NCBI GenBank assembly: GCA_036172245.1
Contig: JAYWIR010000041.1
Coordinates: 744,001-808,000 of the forward strand
From: Raillietiella orientalis
Lineage: Eukaryota
Reading direction: 5' to 3'
DNA length: 64,000 nt
Below are positions 1-10,900 of the stretch, piece by piece. Each line of letters begins with the position of its first letter. Within the stretch, counting starts at the first letter, position 1. The translations under genes were made by a program, and so were the position numbers. The notes beneath the pieces are model-generated. The model did no database searches. It was not told the origin of the DNA and worked only from the letters and a program-made list of their open reading frames with translations.

Positions 1-444
1 TTGGAAGGTCACAAAGACAGTGAGAAAGATGTAGCACGTGCAGCTGAAACTTGTGCTACTACTCTTGCTTGTTGTCTTCCACCTGAGGAAGTAGCTCGTG
101 TCCTTAATCCCATCATTCAGACAGGTGAATTTCCAATCAGTTTAGCTGCCATAAAAATGATGACACATTTGTTTGAGCAACACAGCAAGGAAACAGTGGC
201 ATCTTTGGTAGCTATGGTCATGCCAAGCTTACTCCAGGTATTTTAAGTAATGACTGGACTTTGATATGTTTTCTAGGCATATAATAATGACGAAAGTTCC
301 ATGCGGAAGTCTGCTGTGTTCTGCATGGTGGCCCTTTACAACATTTTAGGGGAAGCTCTCCGCCCATATCTGCACGAACTTGGTGGCAGCAAACTAAAAC
401 TGCTTAATCTGTATATCAAAAGAGCGCAGGAAGGCAGTCGATAA
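1..444 (+). CDS. CLASP: CLIP-associating protein (CLASP/Orbit/MAST), last two exons; 5' part lies outside the window
   Basis: Exon 1-237 (...PISLAAIKMMT...MPSLLQ), GT-AG intron 238-276 (39 nt), exon 277-444 AYNNDESSMRKSAVFCMVALYNILGEALRPYLHELGGSKLKLLNLYIKRAQEGSR*. Matches the CLASP C-terminal CLIP-interacting domain (ESSVRK.VFC.VA...SK.KLLNLYIKRAQ). Confidence 0.95.
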
Positions 445-489
445 AGAAATAACAAAACATGGTCTGAGCATTTACTGAAAAGGTTTTTT

Positions 490-2811
490 TTACAGGAGAC
501 CTCCACCAGTTTTGGTCTCGTTCATATATGCATCCAATTCTGCATCCAGATGGCTTTTGGTCCTTGCCATATATTCATCCAGTTGCGAGTCTAGTTGCTC
601 TTTGGTCAAATTTTTAGTTTTTTTCCATTGTCTGCCTCCACGGCCTCGGATGCCACCTCTTGCTCTTCGTCTGAATGCCAAACCACTCTTGGTTTTTGTG
701 AAGGTTCCTTGTCCCCTTCCTCGCCCTCGAGCAAAGTTGCCACCTACTGCAACTGATGTCCAATTGAGGAAGAAATGATACTACCTCTATTATTAATAGC
801 CTGTGTGCCTCTTCCTCTGCTTCTTATTGCAACTTTGCCTTTATTTGCAAATGCAGCATTTCCTCCTCCTCTTTTTCGAATTTTGTTTCTTCCTACTCGC
901 GCTCTTTTCAAGAATCCTGCTTTAAATTGTTTTGTCGTAGCTCCTACAGTACTTAAATGCTATCATTCACATATTCTTTCCTAATTACCAGCCCAAGTAA
1001 GACTAGTTAGATTTCTTTGATAACCCTTCCAGGTTCCAATTGGTACTTTTAAGGAGAGCCTGTTTTTTAAGTTGCTTCGAATACCAAGGCGTTGCTGAAG
1101 ACTTCTCTAAAATAAAAATAATTTATTTTCACAATCTCTTGTTGAGATTAAAAAAATTATTATAACTTACTTTTTTCAATTTTAATGCAGCTATTACAGC
1201 AGGGCGGTTTTCCATCTGTTGGGCTAATCTACGATTGCGTGCACTTGCTTGCTGAATGAATGCATTTCGTTGTCTGACTGACTGTGCAAGACCAGTCCCC
1301 ATCTGGATTGCAGTAAATCTAAAATCCCAAAATATAAATGATACTACTCGAGTTTTTTTTTTCTTTTTTAAAAAAAAGAACTCATTGCATTCATATGCAA
1401 GAAACTCCTCCTTATCAATATATTACTTCACAGTATACAACATATTTAATAAAACCTAGCATACATGGTTACAATGTTTTAATGGATTTGAAACTTGGGG
1501 CATCATGGACTTGTTACTCTGATGTCTAAGTTTTCATTTTAACATCATCATATTCTGATACCCCATACTTCCTACAAACTTGCTAATATTAATTCATGCA
1601 AAAGTTTATAGATTCATCAGTAAAGATGACAACTTTTGTGCCAAGATCACATAAAAGTCCCAAGATGGTCACATGCATACACAACAAACTATGGATTGGG
1701 CAATAAGCTTTGTGTGATCCTTGTGCAAACTGATCAGAGAACTTACTTAACTTTATGCATATTGATAGCTTTTTATGTACACAAAGCAAAAACTTTATAA
1801 ATGAGAACAAATCAATTGCCTATTCCATCTTTTTATCGGAAATGAAGAAACCTGCATTGCAAAAGGAATTCATATTACATTAATATTCTTTAGCACTTCA
1901 ATGCAAAACATACTGCATAAAATGGTTAATCCAAAATGAAAGATGCTCACAATGAATTCATACATACGGACAAAGAACCATTTTTTGTTATCAGATTTGG
2001 GTATCAATATTCCTTAATCAGTTCACTGCATCAGTTTACATTTGACAAGTTCTGTATCACAGAATGCACAGTGATTTCATAAGAAAACAATGTCTAATTG
2101 ATAACTGTCACCTATCATATGCACTCATGAGCCGTTCAAATTTGGTAATAATTTAATTATACAAAAATTTCTGAATACCAATCCCCATCAAGAAATTGTT
2201 CTCATAATAATAAGGTAAATGGGATTAGTTACAAATGTCCAATATACTTGTAAGCACATATACAATTACGTTGTGAAGTTTCATATCTCTTTCTTTATAA
2301 CAGAAAATAATGAAGTTCATCTGCTCCATACAGAAAGGGGTTATACCGAATTCCAAATTCACATTTCCATTCCAACTTCCAAGAGAAATATTTCTTACTT
2401 AATGAAATATTCGTCAAATCAGTTATCCACTTTCACAAATGTGCTGCTGCTTTATATGTTTATGACTGAATATAAAAGCGTTTTAAATTTTCTCCGTAGA
2501 ATTTTGCATCTCACTTTATTGAAATTAAAATCACTACATGAAAATCAATAATAAGAGTTCACATGGTCATCGCTCAATTACCGCGCTTTATCAGTATTGT
2601 CGAGGGAAGGGTACGAAAATGGATCACAAACCAAACTACATCAAAATTCAGTCTAAAAATACTGGACGCTGCACCAATAAATTCAATGCAGGGATATCTC
2701 ATAGGGCACAGTGTATTCAACAACAAGCAAAAATAAAATGAAACACCGAAACCTTTCATGAAGTGAAATCCTCGTCTGTTTCTTCAGATATATTCGACCA
2801 ATAGATGCCAT
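490..2811 (-). CDS. CHTOP: Chromatin target of PRMT1 (CHTOP/FoP), 5 coding exons, 246 aa
   Basis: Exons 2811-2753 (MASIGRIYLKKQTRISLHER), 1318-1171 (FTAIQ...QQASARNRRLAQQMENRPAVIAALKLKK), 1106-989 (RSLQQRLG...), 943-785 (RG-rich), 746-490 (RGRGRG...LTKEQLDSQLDEYMARTKSHLDAELDAYM, the duplicated FoP motif). All introns are GT-AG with consistent phases; total 741 nt. Confidence 0.95.
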
Positions 2812-5346
2812 TGCAATAGAATAAATACTGAACAAATCCTTTCACTTGATTATTCACTCTAATTCACAAAGGTTTTTGATTAATACTTAGACGTCTACTA
2901 GTTTCATATATTTCTGCATCAAGCTAGCCATTCCTTTTTACGCATACATTAAAATTAGCGTAACAAGAAGTGAGCTGCAGTGTTTCCAACGTTTTTTCCT
3001 CCCTCTCCATACTAAAATATTGTCACCAAATTGCATTTTCAAAAATAACTTCAAAAATGGAAACAATTCATACATAATAATCTGAGAAATGCCCATGAAT
3101 TTGAAAGAAATTCATTACAAGGTGAATTTTTGAAGCTTACAGTTCGAACAAACTGTTGACACGAAAATAAAAATGCAAAAGATAAAATTACAGTTTCAAA
3201 TAGATGTTGTGCTCAATTGCAAATGTTGCTTTCGATTTCAAAAAATGATGGTTGCAATCTTTTTTGCACTTTCTTAACTACCAGCATACCTCTGAATATA
3301 AATGCAATTTTCCATCCAAAAGATGTCCATGGACATAAAAATGTCAAATTCCAAAGAAATCAAAATTACGGCAGAATTACATTGCAAATAGGTATCGCTT
3401 ATGCATGGTTTAGGAGAGCAAAAACAAATGATTTCCATATCCATTACTACAGTGAAAAGAGATTTTCGGATTTTTTTAGGTTTTTGGTTGAAATACATTG
3501 AAAAGTTTGGGATAAAATCAGATTTTATGGGAACAGTGTCTTGGCGTGAATGTTTTTTTTTGGGCTATAGGTGTAAAGTTACCTTTAAGATCTCACTTTA
3601 AACATACTGCGAGTAAATTTATGGACAATCCACTTTATCTATGAGTGCTATAGCTCTATATTTCTTTTGATAAGCCTAGTTGATCTTCATGCAAGTATTT
3701 CTTTATAGCTTTTTTAAATATTATGATATTATAAATGCTTTCTTAATTAAAATTTTGAAGGAATTATTTTCAAGTCCATCATGGGGACACAGATAAAACT
3801 CCTAAATTCAAAGACATAATGCAAAAGCAAAATGGTAGTCTATAAGTCAAATATTGATAATTAAAAACCTACATGTATGACTACAAAATGAAAATTGTTT
3901 TTCATTTTTTAAAGTCACCTGAGAGAATTATGATTAGATAATAATAATTCTTTATCAATAAAATATGAATTTGTGTTCATATGCATAAGCAGGGAACGAT
4001 AAATGAAATATATCAATCACAGAAGCTCATTTCAGCAAATAGGATGATGGATAGACAAACTTTGGAAATCTTCAAAAAGTAATGGTTCTATTTCTCATTC
4101 CGAATTCAGGACTATATGTATAAGTAATAAAGTATTATGCACACTTAAAAACATTGTATTTTTAGTGGAAACTTAAAATCAAATCTGTACATCCATAAAA
4201 ATTTTTCGGCGGATCTCTTCAGAGATAATATCGATTCATATATCTAGATTATTTGTTGCACAAAATAATGGAACTTACTATACCTGTTGCTTTGTTTCTG
4301 ATTCAAAAGTTTTTGTTGCATTACATCATCGCTTTGTGATATCTTTTTAAAGAGACTCAGGAAAAAATATAGCAATAATTTTTTTCGTAGTTATCATAAT
4401 AAAAAATAAAGTATTGTTCACTGAAATTTCTTTAACTGTTTCACAGCATTCATAGTAGGCATCGTTGTTCCTTGCAACGAGCTTAAAGAACTGTTAAAGT
4501 GAAATATTGCCTGCAGATAAAATCACATGCATTGAAAATGAAAAACTAAAGCAATTGGTGGAAAATCTCATGGATTATGAGTGAGCAGCATTATGTTATG
4601 AGTTGAATCACATGACAGCTGAAGAATCAGGAATGTTATGCATCCCTGATTCTTCAACTATCATGCATACTATCAAGTTACATTCGACAAAACATGCAAA
4701 GAATATTGGTTTATAGTGTTCAATGACATCAATCTCTTTTGAAACTGTTTGTAATTCAGTAATCTGTCATGACGTAATTATGCTCATGATATCTGCACTT
4801 AATTGTTAAAAATTATAGACTAGTCATAAAAACTATTTAAAAAGCGTCAAATGGGAACAAAGAGGAACAAATCCAATTTTAGGTGATAGTTATTGAGTAT
4901 AACGTCTTCTTGTCAAATCCAATTTTAGATTCATTAATATCAAAATAGATTTATCTATTTATTAAGAGCACGTCATTAATCTTGGAACTTAACAGAGCTG
5001 GTAGATTATTTCGAAATTTAACGTCGAGAGAAAAAAATTTCTTTTGGTTATATGCAATCGCACCGTCTCAGTTAAATTAATTTACTATCGGGTCCATTAT
5101 ATTTCAGATTACAGATTTGATAAAAGTTGAAGTTATGAAATTGTTCTCGTTAAAATGTTGTGTAATGATCAAAATTCTTCTCAATTCTTGTTTTGTCTTT
5201 GTTTTTTTTCATTGAATTCTCATAATATGTGAATTGAAGGAATTTGTGCAAGTGGATTTTGGTTGCAGTGTAATTCTGTTCTTAGGTTGCTCCGGACTTC
5301 GAAGTGTTGTGATGAACGTGAATCGTTGCCGCACGTGTATTCCAGC

Positions 5347-6070
5347 ATGACCACGAATAAGGAAGAGAAGCCGAACAAATTAGATTTGGGCCTGTTGGAA
5401 GAAGATGACGAATTTGAGGAATTCGTAGCAGAAGGTATGATCGATGTTTAACTCATTTCGAATCTTGTATTTGAATAAATCTTGCCAAAAATTCTCTTTT
5501 TGCGATTCTCATACACAAACAATGAAAACGTTTGGGGTTTAGCGTGTCATTTCCGTTAGGCCTGGCTGTCAGTAAGTCCAACAAAAGATTTAAGCCAAAA
5601 CCGCTATAAAGTTGCGATGAAAACTACAAGTGTTTTTCCACTGAATTACATTGTGTTTAAAGGTATTAATTTAAATGTTTTCTGTGAAATACGGCATAAG
5701 CAAATGTCTCTGTTTAGCCATGATCAAGGTCAGCATTGATCTGAGCTATGAATGCTGAATTTATGGCATTTTTTGTTCACAAAGTTGTATCAAACTAAAT
5801 TCCATGGTATATTTATCAGAATTAGACCTTTTACATTTTGCTGTACATCTTAATGTTATTGCTTTTATTGTGAATGTTTATGCTGTAGAATGGACTGGTG
5901 CAGATGAAGATGATGATGACGATAATGTCTGGGAAGATAATTGGGATGATGACAATGTTGAAGATGATTTTTCATTACAACTCAGGTAATTACATGCTTG
6001 AAAATAAATAATGTAATTTGCACATAGAGCTGAACTTGAGGCACAAGGTCGTGTTTCAACAGAACAATAG
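5347..6070 (+). CDS. SEM1: SEM1/DSS1 (26S proteasome lid, TREX-2 and BRCA2 partner), 3 exons, 75 aa
   Basis: Exons 5347-5434 ([29 protein letters not shown]), 5889-5985 ([33 protein letters not shown]), 6028-6070 ([13 protein letters not shown]). Carries the diagnostic [10 protein letters not shown] and [16 protein letters not shown] motifs; GT-AG introns of 454 and 42 nt. Confidence 0.97.
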
Positions 6071-6125
6071 CAGATGCACCATGGTCTCATATCTATTTAA
6101 ATAAATTTGTAATACAAATTTTGAT

Positions 6126-6790
6126 CTACATAGGTCCTCGGAACGGTCTCTTTTCAGCAAAAAAGTTTTTCAGTATCCAAACTTGTACAAGACCAACAAG
6201 GGGGATTATAAGGGAAATGCACAAGGACCATAGATGTACACGTTCATTCAATTCTTCAGCATGTTTTCTATCCAATGCTTCCTGAACTTTGTGATGTGTT
6301 TGGTGATCAATCACATCATTCAGATGCTGATGAATTTCTGATGCTGATGACTCCATTTGGGTCATGGCTGTCAAATGATCAGAGATTCCTGGAAGTTGAT
6401 CCTCATCATTTCTTTGCAATGACATGAATACTAATTTATCTGTAAATGTAGAAAACTCATTGCTGAAGCAGATTGAATAAACACCACTCTCTTGGGCTTC
6501 AATTGCCACACTGTCCATTCGTGTTTTTTGTTCATTATATAATTCCTGTCCATGTGGGTTATTTATTTGAACATCTACATCATAATTACCACCCATGATA
6601 ACCTGAAATAATTAACTTAACCTGAGAGACATTGGAACTTGGGTATTACCTGATAATCCAAAGTAGCTTTGATGTTACTTTTCAGTTCCTCATAAAAACA
6701 CTCTTTACTACTGTCTCGAAGCTGAAATGTGAGTTCGACTGACCGGGCAACACGAAACAGTAGGAGTGGAAATAAAAACAAAATTAGCAT
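6126..6790 (-). CDS. TMED7: p24/emp24 gamma-subfamily cargo receptor (TMED7/TMED3-like), 2 exons, 205 aa
   Basis: Exon 6790-6650 encodes a signal peptide plus VELTFQLRDSSKECFYEE...LDYQ; 47-nt intron 6649-6603; exon 6602-6126 VIMGGNYDVDV...YSICFSNEFSTFTDKLVF...AEELNERVHLWS...QVWILKNFFAEKR. GOLD domain, coiled coil, TM segment and FF tail. TMED3 vs TMED7 orthology cannot be resolved here. Confidence 0.92.
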
Positions 6791-7906
6791 TATAAGCCGG
6801 CTGGCACAACTCAGCTCAGCTGCTGCTGCTGCAACGTATCGAATCACTGTTCCTATAACAAGATGAATCACTTATAAATGCATGTAGCGTGTATAAGTTG
6901 TAAACAAACTTCCTGGACACACTGTAAAGAAATTGGAACTACAACATATGAATTAGGTATTGATGCTACACATATAAATTAATACCTCATTTAAAATCGG
7001 TACAACAACAAATAAGTAATTCATGTGAAGACGTGCAGCTCGCTCCTACCACCAGTCGTCGTCATCACACCGACAGGGATACCATTGTTGCATTTTGCAT
7101 TGAATTTCTTTACAGCTAGCACTTGAAACAGTGCGGTAATATTAAGGTATCGCTACTTGAATACAAAGTAACTTCAAAATCTTCTCTGAGATCAATGTAT
7201 ATCGCATAGCCGTGTGCAACAATAAGCTCCCCATCACTTGCCATATTTGCAATGATTTCTTTAATTAAAATTTCTTTCGATCCTGTGCACATTTTCTCTT
7301 CAGCGCCGTTTGAAATGTTGAGGCTTTCCTACGATACTTGTAGAGATTTAGAATGGAAAGTATTGCAAAAGGAAAACAACTTAATTCGTAGTGATCTTCA
7401 AACTGATACATATCATAATGTTCTGCATACATCTAAGCGCCAGGTTTCGAAACTTTACACGATCACGACCTACGAATGCTGTATGCAGAAGGTTTGACTG
7501 CATATTTGATGTTGATTTGTGTCATGTAACATTCATAGGAATATAAAATACTTTTCAAGAACTAGGAATTTTTACAACTAAATAAACAAACAAATCACAC
7601 ATTAATCAGTATTCATCGTTGAAATTTCAGGACTATTTTATTTTAAAGAAGAATAATTTTTGATAAGTAATTTTATTGTATATACTCTGAATGAATGTTG
7701 AATAACGTCATGTCTAAATTGGTTTTTATCAGATGCTAGTTAGTTTTTTTCATTTTTTCGGAATTTGTAATAGAATATTTTTTTTTGTTCCTTCAAATTT
7801 TGTACATAGATTTAGTAAAGGTTTCCAAGAAAGCAAGCTCACACCAGAGACCGTTAGATTAAAATTCAAGACTTAATTTGATTCTCAAAATCTAAGATTT
7901 TTGGCA

Positions 7907-7978
7907 TACAGTGGATCCTCTGTAATGCAGATTCGTATAACGCGGAAGATAACACTCACGTTATACGAGGACCGCCAC
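7907..7978. mobile_element. Degenerate pogo/Tigger-like MITE remnant
   Basis: TA+CAGTGGATCCTC start typical of pogo-type TIRs; internal perfect inverted repeat TCGTATAACG (7933-7942) / CGTTATACGA (7959-7968), followed by a decayed right end GGACCGCCAC. Confidence 0.4.
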
Positions 7979-9199
7979 ATTCGTATACGTGTCACTATTA
8001 ATTTATTTTGCTCCACGACATTTTGTGAATAAAAGATATACATTCCCCTGATTCGATTCGGAATATGGCTTTCAGCATCTCCCTAATTCTGACTACGTTC
8101 GAGTATGTGGGCATACTAGTCATTACGGAATGAGTTGGGAATTGTTTACGGGAATCCAGAACTGCTTGAAATCTAAAAGGGATCTTCCACCTGAGGCTGA
8201 ATGACTGTAGAATTGCCGATCGAGATCGAAATCATGATTGGAGTGCTCTTAAGTTTCAGCATTAATGTTTAAAATGTTTACTGTCTACTGCATCAACACA
8301 TTCACATTTACATTCTCTGAGCAGAATTGTTCCTGATACCAGTTAACACTAAATTTACATGATAGTGTGAATTTAGTGTTTCGTGCTTCAAAGTCCTCTA
8401 TTAATTATGATTTTAACTCTTCCGAAGATATTCATACGGATGGAAAAAATTGCATGGAAACACTGCTTAACGGCACGTGTTGGTGACATCATTCTTTCTT
8501 TCTTTCTTTTTTATCAATTTCCTTTTCGTGTTTTTCGATTATCTGGATTTTTGTTTTTTGCATCTTCCAAATCGTCAAATGCTGAGAACACGGTTTTTGT
8601 ATTTTTTTTCTTGGTTAAATTGAATTTTGTATTCTCTCTACAATTCGATTTTCGTACAAAGCGAAAGCTTTCGTCATCGATAATGAGTGTGCTTACTCAC
8701 CTGTCATTATTATTGCTGTTGCTTATACCCACGTGTTCAAGCTCAGGATCAGGTTTGGAGCAGACGAGTAAGCCACCTTGGATCTTTGATCTGAGAGCAA
8801 ACTAAGATCTGAACGGACCTGGAGAATTCGCAGAAACTAGAAAATGCTCTTGCTCCTTTCGATGCCCATGATTCTGGTTTTTCCAAGGACCACGGTTTGT
8901 GATCTGATGTGAAAACAACCATGTCGGTACGAAAAAAACAACAGGCACTGCTTACTGAAGTTTCACCGTCCACACTTACCTAATAGTCACCACGGCTAAG
9001 GGATTATTTTGAACCGATCAGTATTTATCAGTATTTGCCATTACTTTTTGCGAGCATTCGTTTCGGAGGAGTACCAAAACTATTCACTGTGCAGGACACC
9101 TAAATAAAGACATCATGGAAATTTATCAGTACCTTGGAAATTCTTCCAAGATTTCGTGCAAAGAAGACATCGAGAAGTGTGTCGTTCGGGTAAACAAAC

Positions 9200-9780
9200 A
9201 AGAGAAACGTCCAATCAAAGTGTTTGCAGCAGATAACAACGATAGCATTTATCTTGCTGGCTAGTTTTCGAGATAGCCGTGCATCCCGCATTTTAAGCAA
9301 CGGGGCATTTGGTGGCAGCCGGGGCTCTTTGCCTAATTTTGAACGGAAGCGATTCCAAGGAGACCAAGGATCAGCAGCAGCTCGTTTTGCCACAGGTTCG
9401 ACCTCATGTCGTGTGAATGGAAATTCAAATGGAAGCACAGTGTACTTGCAAGACCTAAAGACCGGTGCGATCGTTTTGTGTACAGGAGTTGGTTCTCTTT
9501 GGGGGGCTTCATCAAACGTTTTGTGAACTCTCGAAAGCAGCATGTACAGATGCGGACTTTCCCATCGGCAAACTCCCAAGAGACCATTCGAATACATTTC
9601 CCGAGAAAAGTGGACATGGACCGTGCGTACCCTTCAGTCCTGATCAATGCGGGAAGTGCGGTTTTAGCTTTGAGGTTTTTTTTTTTAGTAAAAATCAGGA
9701 CTTGTCAATGTGGTCAAATTGTGGAAAGCCCGGTATGGCAACATCCGGCAGAAAATATTGTGTTCCTGACCACGTGACTC
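9200..9780 (+). mobile_element. Decayed non-LTR retrotransposon ORF1 (gag-like, I/Jockey group)
   Basis: Frameshifted pieces ETIRIHFPRKV / VPFSPDQCGKCGF / WSNCGKPGMATSGRKYC resemble P.P.QC.KC..FGH...C.NCG..H.A.S..C zinc knuckles. Confidence 0.5.
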
Positions 9781-10229
9781 CATTTAATAGAGCTCTTTAA
9801 GAGACGAATGTAAGGGAGCTCTTTTGGGAAAAAAAATACAGTTCGCTACCAAGCAATTGCAGCGCAACTGGAGAACTGAATTGCCCTTCCGTGGATTTAC
9901 TGACTGAAGCTGTCTTTCATTTCGATAAGATTGGCCGAAGCTAGTTTGAATTGCATGCAACATCTTTCTATGTACACGGCTAGAAGTCGAAGTTTCCAAT
10001 GTCCTTTCAAAAGTGACAGCAGACGCACAAACCTAACCAAAGGGTTCAGGAGCCCTTTGGTTAGGTTGGTCATTTATCAGGAAACCCCATTGAACCCAAC
10101 TGTTTATCTTGAGCTATACTTTATCAATCATGAAAGTACCATTCATCACACATTCCGGTGGAATGGTATTTGAAAGGAAAAGGAAACGTGAATTTTCAGT
10201 ACTTTGAAGTCCTTTCGGGGTGTCACAAG

Positions 10230-10900
10230 TTCTGCACTCAGGGTGAGGTCCTCGTTGTTGTTTCCCGGGCATCGTCCTCAATCCTCTTCAGGATGTATCG
10301 GTACGTCCAGACCGGCACTCGTCCACAATTCCTGATGCCGATCTCCTTCTGGATGAGTCCTTGCAGAATCTCCATCGGGAATGCGGCTCTCCTGGCTTTC
10401 CTCATCTTCCACCACCGCACAGGTATGGCGGTGATGGAGAGAGCGATGGTTCTCACCATGGGATTGTAGGAGGGGACATTTCCAGTTCCCTGAAACATCC
10501 CGGCAAGTATTTCCATTACGGAACTGGTGGTCATTCCTATAATCCTTTTCAGGATTAGCCGGATTCGGAGCAATGTGGGACACGTCAAGATGTGTAATCT
10601 TGTATCTGTGTCTCCACATGCCTTGCAGTCTTCGTCGTCTTCTCGTGAAATGCTTCAATCTGGACCTGCTCAGGATTCCTCCGTGATAAAACATCAGGAG
10701 GTTATCCTGGGTGTCCGGCGGTAGGTCACTCCTCCAAAGGGTTGTGCCGATCGCTAACGGGTTGATCCTGTCGCTCCCTTAACGATCGGCGGCTTCCTGG
10801 AGGGCACTGATGTCTTCGTCCTCTTCTTTTATTAATCTGCGGAGGTTCTGTTTATTCACCCTGGACCACGCAAAGTCATCGTGGTTTTTCCACACTTCGC
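10230..10900 (-). mobile_element. Decayed apurinic-like endonuclease (APE) of a non-LTR retrotransposon ORF2
   Basis: NKQNLRRLIKEEDEDISALQE matches the APE N-terminal K..L..LI.E...DI..LQET motif, followed by GGV and a degenerate GDFNAH-like segment with frameshifts. Confidence 0.55.

Noticed and set aside
1500..1560. C-box-like ATGATGA on the minus strand of the CHTOP intron (possible snoRNA)
   Set aside because: No D box (CTGA) or terminal stem at a suitable distance.
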